This document shows positions 1 through 8,536 of a DNA stretch of 36,612 bases, in pieces. Below the pieces are notes generated by a model. The model worked only from the letters and a program-made list of their open reading frames with translations. It searched no databases and was not told the origin of the DNA. This DNA is from Thermoplasmatota archaeon (lineage in GTDB: Archaea; Thermoplasmatota; Thermoplasmata; Thermoplasmatales; ARK-15), in the NCBI GenBank assembly GCA_031961525.1, contig JAVRLI010000002.1:1-36612 (forward strand), written 5' to 3'. The first letter of the stretch is position 1. Every line of letters begins with the position of its first letter. Made by a program: the position numbers and the translations under genes.

Positions 1-954
1 AACATAAACTTCATGATCCCTGTTTAATTTTTCAAGTAATTCTTTTTTAATTTGGAGCTCTTTTTCCTTTTCTTCAAGATCATCCTTCCTTTTTAATTCA
101 TTCTCATAATTTTTTATTTTTTCCCCAATTTTCATTCTATTATTTTTCTTCTCATCAATCTTTATTTTATTTTCATTCAATTCATTTTTTAAATTCTCAT
201 ATTCCTTTCTTTTCCTTTCCATTTCATCATAACTATTCTCAATAGATGAAAATTCTGTTTTCAGCTTTTCAATTTCTTCATTTAACTTTTTTAGATTTTC
301 ACTATAAATTGAAATTTCATTTTTTATTTCCTCCATTCTCCTTTCACTCTCATTTATTAATTCCCTGTTTTCACCTATCCTGAATATTCTCATCTCAATT
401 TCATTTTTAACTATTCCCTTCAACAATTCAATGTTCTCCGATATATTCTTGAAATCCGTTATACCAAAAAGATCGTATATTATTTTTAGCTTATCCTCAC
501 TTTTCATCTCGAGAATATTCCTCATTTCATCCTGACCGGCATAAAAAAGAAGATCAAAAAACTTTGGATCCTTTGCCCTGTCAAACTTTACCCTGAATAT
601 TTTTGAAATATAATTTCTCATTTCACCATCGCTTATTCTTCTTTCAATTCCATTTTCAACAACAATTATTTCATTCGATGAAAATCCGGTCTTTGTTCTC
701 TTCAATATTCTTTTAAAAATTATATCAGAGCCATCACGATCAAGTGTAACACTTACCTCCCCATGATTCTCACCAACCCTCAACAATGTTTCAGCATTCT
801 GAAATGATCCAAAAAGTGCAAATTTCAGACCATCCAGTATTGATGTTTTACCTGAACCCACCTCACCTTTAATAAGAACAACACCTCTTGGAATTGATAG
901 TGATGTATTTTTATGTGACCTTATGTTTTTTAGTTCAATGTTTTTTATTATCAC
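1..954 (-). CDS. rad50: Rad50 ATPase, N-terminal part (gene continues beyond window start)
   Basis: Not in the ORF track because it is open at the window edge. My minus-strand translation from GTG at 954 gives VIIKNIELKNIRSHKNTSLSIPRGVVLIKGEVGSGKTSILDGLKFALFG... This is a Rad50/SMC-type Walker A (GEVGSGKTS) followed by a long K/E-rich coiled coil, with no stop down to base 1. The start overlaps the mre11 stop by 20 nt, in the classic mre11-rad50 order. Confidence 0.85.
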   Translation of the reverse strand, partial: MIIKNIELKNIRSHKNTSLSIPRGVVLIKGEVGSGKTSILDGLKFALFGSFQNAETLLRVGENHGEVSVTLDRDGSDIIFKRILKRTKTGFSSNEIIVVENGIERRISDGEMRNYISKIFRVKFDRAKDPKFFDLLFYAGQDEMRNILEMKSEDKLKIIYDLFGITDFKNISENIELLKGIVKNEIEMRIFRIGENRELINESERRMEEIKNEISIYSENLKKLNEEIEKLKTEFSSIENSYDEMERKRKEYENLKNELNENKIKIDEKKNNRMKIGEKIKNYENELKRKDDLEEKEKELQIKKELLEKLNRDHEVYV

Positions 955-2065
955 GGTTGATCACCGCCTTTATAAATCTTTCAGTCTCCCTTTTCAACCT
1001 TTCTATATAATCCATGGATTTCTCATTCTGTTCCCTTTCCATTTTCAGTGTTTCCATAAAAGATCTTACATCAAAGTCAAATGGATTCTCTACATTAAAG
1101 TTCTCATTTTCCTCAAGAATTATCTCTTTTTTATAGCTTTCAACATCCCTTTCCCTTATGAAAATTCCAGGGAATTTCCTTCTCAAAGATAGTGGAATTG
1201 TTGTCAGGTTCATCTGGAAATAACCCTTATATTTGCCGAAATAGTTGATTAAAACTATTGATTCACTGTTTAAATTTTCAAGGCCTTCCCTTGTTTCCCT
1301 TATTATTTCCTCCATGCTTTTGTTTTCAACATTTATATTCAATTTTGAAACCTTTAATTCACTATCAATGAATCTTATTTTAAAATCTTCAACCAGCGCA
1401 AATCCCCTTTCATAAATGTTGAAAATTTCATCCTGTGTTGATGCAAAAAATATTCCAGGATAAACAACAGGCCTGCCATTCTTTTCCAGTATCTGCCTTT
1501 TATGAACATGCCCCCCGGCATAATAGGAAAAACCATCGGGTAATTCCGATATTCTTAAACTTTTTACATTCTGCAATATTCCTTCAATTGCGGCATGAAA
1601 CAAAAAAATTGAATTATTATCATCCACCTTTTCAATCTTTTTTATTATTTCAATGTCCATGGAATTCTCTAGACCACCTATTCCATATAAATTAAAACCT
1701 GTCCTTTCATCATGTGTTGGTATCAGCTTACCATTTTCATACCTTGAAACATCATTGAAAATACCTGATGCAACGAGTATGTCATAAATTGTTCTTTCCG
1801 AATATTTTCTATCGTGTGATCCCGGTATTGTGTATATCTTTTTATCCTTTTCATTGAATTCCCTGAATTTTTTTACAACATTTTTTAAATCGTTGAACAT
1901 GCTGTATGGGCTGTCAAAAATATCACCGCTAATGATTATAAAGTCAACATTTTCCTTTATTGCAAAATCTATCATGTTCATGAAATTTTTTATCATTATT
2001 CCATGTATTTTTTCGAAGCTGGAGAACGCACCAAGATGCAGATCCGAAACATGTATGAACTTCAT
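935..2065 (-). CDS. mre11: Mre11 nuclease (calcineurin-like phosphoesterase)
   Basis: 376-aa ORF with ordered phosphoesterase motifs DLHLG, GDIFD, GSHD (a variant of GNHD), FLFHAAIEG and GGHVH. It sits immediately upstream of, and overlaps, rad50. Confidence 0.9.
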   Translation of the reverse strand: MKFIHVSDLHLGAFSSFEKIHGIMIKNFMNMIDFAIKENVDFIIISGDIFDSPYSMFNDLKNVVKKFREFNEKDKKIYTIPGSHDRKYSERTIYDILVASGIFNDVSRYENGKLIPTHDERTGFNLYGIGGLENSMDIEIIKKIEKVDDNNSIFLFHAAIEGILQNVKSLRISELPDGFSYYAGGHVHKRQILEKNGRPVVYPGIFFASTQDEIFNIYERGFALVEDFKIRFIDSELKVSKLNINVENKSMEEIIRETREGLENLNSESIVLINYFGKYKGYFQMNLTTIPLSLRRKFPGIFIRERDVESYKKEIILEENENFNVENPFDFDVRSFMETLKMEREQNEKSMDYIERLKRETERFIKAVINRDNKKH

Positions 2066-2091
2066 AATGAATAGTAATATTTAAAAAAATT

Positions 2092-2403
2092 TTACTTTTC
2101 CTTCTTTCTTTTCTTTATTTCCTCATCCTCCTTTATCAATTCATCCATAAGATCCCTTACCCTCCATTCAAGGGATGTGGTTGTTGTTACAGCTATTATG
2201 CTCTTGGGTAAATTTTCATTTTTCTTGTAATGGTTTATGAACTCAATCACCTCCCTATCGGAAAAGTTGTGTAAGAGTATTACCCTTGTTCCCTGAACGT
2301 TTTCATTATCACCAAGTTTTCTGAATGACATATTAAAGAATAATATTAACTCCCTTATTAGAATTTTCAATGAACCGGAAAAATATTTAAATCCATCATT
2401 CAA
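2092..2403 (-). CDS. Small DUF3783-like protein
   Basis: The core TRVILLHNFSDREVIEFINHYKK...IIAVTTTTSLEWRVRDLMDELIKEDEE resembles the DUF3783 pattern as I remember it (..nFs...l..l......A.lTpTn..W....L..EL..E). The track start at 2403 is TTG and lies only 10 nt from the divergent DUF47 ATG. The in-frame ATG at 2331 (MSFRKLG...) is a plausible alternative start. Confidence 0.5.
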   Translation of the reverse strand: MNDGFKYFSGSLKILIRELILFFNMSFRKLGDNENVQGTRVILLHNFSDREVIEFINHYKKNENLPKSIIAVTTTTSLEWRVRDLMDELIKEDEEIKKRKKEK

Positions 2404-2413
2404 TTATGCAAAC

Positions 2414-3076
2414 ATGCATTTGAGCAAGAGAAAAAAGGAAAGGGAACTGGTTGAAAATTATATAAGGCATATTTCAATAGTATCCGATTCATCAAACTTT
2501 CTTACGGATGCATACAATGCACTTATGGATCTTAACTATTCAAAACTTGATGAATTAACCAATGAAATAGAAAAGAAAGAAAAGGATGCGGATGATGTTA
2601 GAAGGGAGAATGAGAAACTTCTCTATGAGGGTGTTCTTTTCCCTTCAGATAGGTTCACATTTATAACACTATCGGAGAACATTGATCATGTTATGGGTAA
2701 AATTCTTCAAACACTGAGAACATTTTCTTTGAGAAATATGCCCCTTCCAGGGGTGAATTTCCTCAAGGATGTTAATTTCAAGGAATATGTTGATGTTACA
2801 ATTGAAACATTAAAATTGCTTCAAGAGGCTGTTACAGTATTCTTTACGGATTCACAGAAAGCAATTGATCTCTGCCATAAGATTGAAGAATATGAACACA
2901 GGGCAGATGTAATTAAATTAAAAATACTTAAGGAACTGCACAGAAGAGAAAAAGAACTTGATGTTTACACCGTTCTACAGATCGAAAACCTTGTTCACAG
3001 GATAGATGAAATAACGGATGAGGCAGAGAATACAAGTGATACAATTGTTCTCATATTAACAGTAGCAAAACCGTGA
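2414..3076 (+). CDS. DUF47 / PhoU-like helical protein (usual partner of Pit transporters)
   Basis: 220-aa all-helical protein with a duplicated PhoU-like layout (..EIEKKEKDADDVRRE.. and ..IEEYEHRADVIKLKI..VHRIDEITDEAE). It lies adjacent to a PHO4/Pit-family membrane protein. A TATA-like AAAATATTTAAAT lies about 25 nt upstream of the ATG. Confidence 0.7.
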   Translation: MHLSKRKKERELVENYIRHISIVSDSSNFLTDAYNALMDLNYSKLDELTNEIEKKEKDADDVRRENEKLLYEGVLFPSDRFTFITLSENIDHVMGKILQTLRTFSLRNMPLPGVNFLKDVNFKEYVDVTIETLKLLQEAVTVFFTDSQKAIDLCHKIEEYEHRADVIKLKILKELHRREKELDVYTVLQIENLVHRIDEITDEAENTSDTIVLILTVAKP

Positions 3077-3941
3077 TGAACATGGATATTATGGGTGTTG
3101 TTATCCATGAGAATATTAGCTGATTTACCTTTAAAAGATTTATCTCCCTGTAACCTTTCTTGAGACCTGAACCCACCATGGATCCTATTACACCCTGTGT
3201 TATTGAAACGGGAATATGAAATTGTGTGAATGATTCAACAATTATTGCTGAAGATAGCTGCGAAACAAATGATCTGTATGCATTTAGATTTACAATCGAT
3301 TTTGTAACTGTCTTGTAGGTTAAAAAATTGAAAATAAATGTTCCAAAAAATATACCTGCTATGGATGAAATCAAATTTAAAAATGATGGGGAAATGGAAT
3401 ATATGAGACCTATGGTGTTTGATCCAAGTGTATAGGAAAGAAAAGCGCTTGATAAAAGAAATGTAATGGTGAATGAATAACCCCTGAATGGTCTTTTCGT
3501 TTTTTCACTGAATGAATAGATAATAAAACCGAATATAATTGAAAAGAGAAATGCAACAATCCAGGATATGAAAACAATTGTATAATAAAAATAATCCATT
3601 TCATTCATAATTAAAGAAAATGCCAGAATTGATCCTGTAAAAACCATACCTGCGGAAAGAGGATAGGAGAGAATACTGAAAATTACAAAGACTATAAGAA
3701 CTGATAGGTAAACAAAAGGAACGTATGATGGTATTAAATGTATTGGCGGTAACATTTTCATACCCTCAAGAACCAGACCTAAACTCATGAAGATTGAAAT
3801 GAAAAGTGATCCTGAAAATTTACCCATGATCCTTGATGAATTCAATGGACCTAAGATTAGGGCTGAGTTATTTCCCGAAATTATTGTGGATAGAAGAAAC
3901 AAAAGTATTTCAACAAGCACAAAAAGTATATGATGATTCAA
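3051..3941 (-). CDS. PHO4/Pit-family membrane transporter, divergent
   Basis: 296-aa polytopic protein. IPVSITQGVIGSMVGSG matches the Pit motif lPvSTTH..vG..vG.G. Two internal repeats occupy the positions of the GxxD signature (SGNNSALILGP and LGSNTIGLIYS). The start is TTG at 3941, 3 nt after the polB stop; GTG at 3920 is an alternative. Confidence 0.65.
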   Translation of the reverse strand: MNHHILFVLVEILLFLLSTIISGNNSALILGPLNSSRIMGKFSGSLFISIFMSLGLVLEGMKMLPPIHLIPSYVPFVYLSVLIVFVIFSILSYPLSAGMVFTGSILAFSLIMNEMDYFYYTIVFISWIVAFLFSIIFGFIIYSFSEKTKRPFRGYSFTITFLLSSAFLSYTLGSNTIGLIYSISPSFLNLISSIAGIFFGTFIFNFLTYKTVTKSIVNLNAYRSFVSQLSSAIIVESFTQFHIPVSITQGVIGSMVGSGLKKGYREINLLKVNQLIFSWITTPIISMFITVLLLLI

Positions 3942-3944
3942 TAT

Positions 3945-6299
3945 TTAAAAGAAATCCTCAATTTTGTTCTTTTTCTTCTTTTCTTTTTCCTCATGTTCAA
4001 AAAGTGTTGACTGCCTTTTTCCGGAAATCAATGCATTCTGATCAAGTTCAAAAACTTCAGTTATCCTTGATAAAGTTTCTGCAACACGTCTTGCATAATA
4101 CTCATAATCAGGCTTCTTTGTGAACGGCCTCCCGTTTATGTAAGGTTCAACCTCCTGTGGACTTTTTCTATCATTTATTACAACCCATGATACCTTCATT
4201 CCGGGAACAAATTCATAGCCCATTTCCTGTAATTTTCTTGCTGCCTGAACGTTTGGCATGGAATCCGGATTTTTGTATTGCCTTATATCCCTGACGGATC
4301 TTGAAATCACCAGCTTTTCAACAGGTACCTTTCCCTTCTTAACTTCATCAATAACCTCTTTTGCCCTTCTCTTCGCCTCATCCAGCTTACCATCCAGAAT
4401 AAGTTCAAAAATTTCCATCAGAACTTCACTCTGAAAATCAAAGCTATCTGTTCTCCTTGTTTCATATCCCCTCACGACAATCTGCCCTCTTTCCTCTGGT
4501 GGATAAACAACCTTACCCACATACCTCTTCTTTGCTCCATGGGAAAAGAAGGGTTCAAGTATCTGTTCAAACTCAAATGTTAGGTTCAATTTTTTTGAGA
4601 ATTCATCAGCCACTTTATTACCAAATTCAATTGAACCCTGAAGATCCTGCTTTGGAGATAAGAAGAAAACACTATCAGTATCACCATAAACAACCTTTAT
4701 TCCTGAATCCTCAAGATCCTTTATAACATTTTTAACTGTTTCCCTTGCAAAGGCAGTTATGCTTGATCCAATTTCCTTGTTTGTGAACCTGTAGAAATTG
4801 GATGCAAAAACACCATAGAATGAATTCATCAAAATTTTTACAGCCTGCTGAAGACCATCAAGATACCTTTTCGTTTCAGAATCCGCTTTCTTCATCCTTG
4901 CCTTTATTTCATCCCTCTGCTTCATTAAATTGCTCAGTATTCTGGGAACCAGACCTTCCTTAACATCCTTTGAGAGGAATCTTGCACCTGATGGACTTAC
5001 AATTGTTCCATCCTTGCTAAGTGTTGTGAAACAAATGTTGTATTTTATTATGATTGATGGGTACATGGATTTGAAGTCAAGAACACATACCCAGTGGTAT
5101 AAACCAGGCTCGATTGTATGAACATATCCACCTTCAATCTTCTCCTCTTCCTCTTCAAGTGACATCATCAGAGGAACACCAATGTTATTCCTGTCAGCCT
5201 CCCTTATCAATATTGAATCTATTAGAGTTGATGATCCTGAATTCATAACATCATCCATGGGTAGCTTTGAAACCGTTGAGAGATCCTGGTATTTCCTCAA
5301 AACCTCTATTTTCAATAGAATCTTCAATGCAAGAATTGCATCATTGACACAGTATTCTATCACCTTTTCCTTTTCCCTATTCCATTCATCATCCATCTTC
5401 GTTCTGTCAACATCCATCTTCTCTTCTCCGAGAAGAAGTTTTGCCACAGCGTTCAAGGTCTCCTGCTTTGGTTTTATTTCCCTTTTAACGTTCCACCAGG
5501 CATCCGCAACTATCCTTCCATGAACACGCCAGAACTGACCCATGATCCTTTGTGGTGTTGAACCATCTCTTCCAATGTTGAATTCAATGCCATTTTCCTT
5601 TGCAAGATCCATTATGTAAGGTAAATCGTAACCATCAATGTTGTATCCTGTTATAACATCCGGATCCTCTTTTTTTATTATATCAAGAAAATTTCTAATG
5701 ATTTTTTCATTCTCTCCCTCCAAATGGTATGTTCTTATTTCACCCCTATCGTAAACCGCGATTCCAACGGTATAAATTTTCTTTTCCTTCAATGAATTTT
5801 CTATATCAAAACTCAGTATCTTTAGATCGGATAAAAATGGTTCAACATTTTTAATTTCATCCGCTTCTACAACAAGATCCGTAGAATATTTTTCATTTTT
5901 TATTTCCTTTCCCTCCACCTCAACACAGGATCCAAGATCATAATCGTACATGAACCTGTGATGAAACGGTATGTCAGCAGCAAGTACCTGACATCTTTCC
6001 TGTGCCATCTTCCTGTAGTTTGGAACCTTCCAGGGGGAATACAATGTTATTTTCTTACATTTTTTTATTGATCCTGAGACCCAGAGATCCTTGTCCTCGA
6101 TGGATATTATTTCATTATCATTTTTTAATGATTCAATTAGATCCTTTGGTGGTTCAACAAGGTAAAAGTATGGTTTGAAATTCTTTACCCTCACAACAAT
6201 GGATTTACCCTCCTTTGTTTTACCAAACAGTTCAACAACAACATTCTTCTCATCACTTCTGTCGTATGATCCTGTGAGAATTCTTAAACTGTATTCCAT
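3945..6299 (-). CDS. polB: Family B DNA polymerase
   Basis: 784 aa. Exonuclease motifs: FDIEN, NIDGYDLPY, YCVNDA. Polymerase motifs: DFKSMYPSIII (A), KILMNSFYGV (B), YGDTDS (C). No intein. The C-terminus KNKIEDFF is PIP-box-like. Confidence 0.95.
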   Translation of the reverse strand: MEYSLRILTGSYDRSDEKNVVVELFGKTKEGKSIVVRVKNFKPYFYLVEPPKDLIESLKNDNEIISIEDKDLWVSGSIKKCKKITLYSPWKVPNYRKMAQERCQVLAADIPFHHRFMYDYDLGSCVEVEGKEIKNEKYSTDLVVEADEIKNVEPFLSDLKILSFDIENSLKEKKIYTVGIAVYDRGEIRTYHLEGENEKIIRNFLDIIKKEDPDVITGYNIDGYDLPYIMDLAKENGIEFNIGRDGSTPQRIMGQFWRVHGRIVADAWWNVKREIKPKQETLNAVAKLLLGEEKMDVDRTKMDDEWNREKEKVIEYCVNDAILALKILLKIEVLRKYQDLSTVSKLPMDDVMNSGSSTLIDSILIREADRNNIGVPLMMSLEEEEEKIEGGYVHTIEPGLYHWVCVLDFKSMYPSIIIKYNICFTTLSKDGTIVSPSGARFLSKDVKEGLVPRILSNLMKQRDEIKARMKKADSETKRYLDGLQQAVKILMNSFYGVFASNFYRFTNKEIGSSITAFARETVKNVIKDLEDSGIKVVYGDTDSVFFLSPKQDLQGSIEFGNKVADEFSKKLNLTFEFEQILEPFFSHGAKKRYVGKVVYPPEERGQIVVRGYETRRTDSFDFQSEVLMEIFELILDGKLDEAKRRAKEVIDEVKKGKVPVEKLVISRSVRDIRQYKNPDSMPNVQAARKLQEMGYEFVPGMKVSWVVINDRKSPQEVEPYINGRPFTKKPDYEYYARRVAETLSRITEVFELDQNALISGKRQSTLFEHEEKEKKKKNKIEDFF

Positions 6300-6359
6300 G
6301 GTTAATCAAATTAATTAATAATTAATTAAACTTTTTATGTTTTAAACTTTGAGAAATTA

Positions 6360-6367
6360 TTTATATG
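6360..6367 (+). promoter_or_regulatory. TATA box for tRNA-Val
   Basis: TTTATATG is centred about 26-27 nt upstream of the first tRNA nucleotide (6390). The other three tRNAs in the window show the same spacing. Confidence 0.55.
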
Positions 6368-6389
6368 GATTATTTTTTATGGTAAATCA

Positions 6390-6463
6390 GGGCCCGTGGT
6401 CTAGCTGGTTATGACGTTGCCCTTACACGGCGAAGGTCACCGGTTCGAATCCGGTCGGGCCCA
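6390..6463 (+). tRNA. tRNA-Val (anticodon UAC)
   Basis: Manual cloverleaf. Acceptor GGGCCCG/CGGGCCC. Anticodon stem UUGCC/GGCGA with loop CU-UAC-AC. T arm ACCGG-UUCGAAU-CCGGU. Discriminator A. No encoded CCA. Confidence 0.9.
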
Positions 6464-6801
6464 TTAAAGACTTGGAGGATAAATATCTTGCAAAAATTGA
6501 TCCTTATTAGAATATTATCTCAGAGAGCATATTTCCATACAGAAAAATGGATCTAAAAATTTTCCTATTAAAATATAAGTTCACTTATCAAATGGAAAAA
6601 AATTAAGATTAACAAAATTAGAGAAATTTTGATTTCATTTATTATTTAACTCACTGTTTTAGCAGGGATGCAAATTTTTGTTTAAAAACAGATACTTTTT
6701 TTACACAAAAATTTGAAAAAACTTTTAAATATTTGTTAATAAATAAATATATATAGTAACCAAATTATGAACAAGTTTAGGATTTAAAAGGAAGTGGGAG
6801 T

Positions 6802-8358
6802 ATGAAAATCGTACTAACCGCTGGAAGAGCATTAATGAGTGATTATAATGGAACAAGCTACATGGGTTTTGTGTCTGCTCTTCCCGCAAGTTTAATAGGA
6901 AAGAGATTGGAAAAAGTCTTCTTCCCCACCTATTCAGATGAGAATGGTCGTGTTTTATTAGGCACATATTCTATACTTAAGATAGAATCATCCCTGATAA
7001 AAGCTGGATTTTCAAGGGATGAGGTTATTGTTGCAGATCCCACAAAACTTGATAAAGTAATTGGTGAAGATACAAAGGCTATTGGTGTTACCTGTATGGA
7101 TCCTCTTGGAGTGGGATATGGAAGCGGTATAGTTTACATGGCAATGATGCTTTACGGCATTATACCAAAGGGAAGATCATACATGAGCAAAGCATTTCTT
7201 GATGTTATAAATCATCCAAACGTTAAAAAATACAAACCAAAGATAATTGTTGGTGGGGAGGCATCATGGCAGATTATCGATCTTAACATGCAGGAAAAAC
7301 TCGGTATAGATACTATTGTTCTTGGTGAAGGGGAAAAGGTAGCGCCTGAACTATTCAAAAAAGCTGTTGAAGGTGATGAATTACCAAAGTTTGTTAATGG
7401 CGTACCTGTTGATGCTGAAGAAATACCACCAATCTTAACACCTTCAATTGATGGTCTTGTTGAAATTACAAGAGGTTGTGGTCGTGGTTGCAAGTTCTGC
7501 ACACCAACGTTGTTAAAATTCAGATCCATACCATTGGATACAATATTAAAGGAGGCGGAATTTAACCTTCAACACGGTGCAAAAAGCATAGGATTGCATT
7601 CCGAGGATTTTCTGAGATACGGGTCTAAGACACTTATACCTGAAGAGAATAAAATTTTGAACCTCTTTGAAAATGTTCAAAGATTGACAAAAAGGTATGA
7701 TGCTGGTATAGGTGTGGATTTTGTTACAGCTGCATGCACCATGAACAAACCAAAACTTGCAGAAAAAGTTGGAAATGAGTATGTAAATGTTGGGGGTAAG
7801 AAAAGTTTTATAGAGATGGGTATAGAAACAGGCAGTCCAAGATTAATAAATTTAATAATGCCTGGTAAGGTTTTGCCCTTCAAGGCTGAGCAATATCCAG
7901 AGATTGTTGAACAGGCTATTGGAACTTTGAATGATGCGGGCTGGACTGTTGTTGGAACACTGATAACTGAACTTCCTGAAGAGAATGAATATGATGTAAT
8001 AAAAACAATTGAATTGATAGATAATTTAAAAAATCTTGAAGTTGTTCCATTTGTTCTTCCATTCATTCCCATGGGACAGTTTAGGGGAAGGGAATTCACA
8101 ATCTTAAAAAATATTGTTCTGGATGATTTAAGAAGGGAATTATTTTTAAAATCCTTGGATAAGGTTGTATCACAGATAAAAAGGGATGCAAAAATCGTAA
8201 CAAGTGGAATTACAAAAAGTATACTTGCAAAATTGGCACTTGAATTTGCTTTATGGTATATGGGAAGAAAAATAAAGAAACTTGAAAGTATGGATCATAA
8301 AGAATTTGTTGAACTTGTAAATAAGTTGGAAAAAGATATAATCAATGTGGATAATTAA
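6802..8358 (+). CDS. Radical SAM protein with N-terminal B12-binding-like (Rossmann) domain, function unknown
   Basis: 518 aa. A single CxxxCxxC cluster motif (TRGCGRGCKFCTP) follows a flavodoxin/B12-like N-terminal half (KIIVGGEASW...IVLGEGE). There are only 5 Cys in total, so no auxiliary clusters. It resembles the archaeal orphan B12-domain/radical SAM families of the MJ_0865 / MJ_1487 type. SD-like GGAAGTGGGAG lies upstream. Confidence 0.8.
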   Translation: MKIVLTAGRALMSDYNGTSYMGFVSALPASLIGKRLEKVFFPTYSDENGRVLLGTYSILKIESSLIKAGFSRDEVIVADPTKLDKVIGEDTKAIGVTCMDPLGVGYGSGIVYMAMMLYGIIPKGRSYMSKAFLDVINHPNVKKYKPKIIVGGEASWQIIDLNMQEKLGIDTIVLGEGEKVAPELFKKAVEGDELPKFVNGVPVDAEEIPPILTPSIDGLVEITRGCGRGCKFCTPTLLKFRSIPLDTILKEAEFNLQHGAKSIGLHSEDFLRYGSKTLIPEENKILNLFENVQRLTKRYDAGIGVDFVTAACTMNKPKLAEKVGNEYVNVGGKKSFIEMGIETGSPRLINLIMPGKVLPFKAEQYPEIVEQAIGTLNDAGWTVVGTLITELPEENEYDVIKTIELIDNLKNLEVVPFVLPFIPMGQFRGREFTILKNIVLDDLRRELFLKSLDKVVSQIKRDAKIVTSGITKSILAKLALEFALWYMGRKIKKLESMDHKEFVELVNKLEKDIINVDN

Positions 8359-8536
8359 ATATATGAATTTTCCAAACATTTTAGCATAATTGCAAATTTG
8401 CACTAAAACTGATCTATAATGCGTTTCTAGATAAATACAATGAATTTACACCTTATCTGTAATTCTTAACTTTAAGTTATGAATCAATCATCAATAAAAT
8501 ATTTATATTGTCACACATTGTTTTAAATGATGGTGA

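Noticed and set aside
6390-6463. tRNA genes as integration sites of mobile elements (looked for duplicated tRNA 3-prime halves or att repeats near all four tRNAs)
   Set aside because: I found no second copy of any tRNA 3-prime segment, no integrase or transposase, and the flanking genes are housekeeping. The similar GGTTCAAATCC strings are just the T loops of different tRNAs.
6464-6801. Possible replication origin in the AT-rich gap (TGGAAA/TTTCCA elements)
   Set aside because: No orc1/cdc6 gene is adjacent. There are no long conserved ORB-type repeats, only short 5-6-nt matches expected by chance in AT-rich DNA. I kept it only as a low-interest non-coding region.
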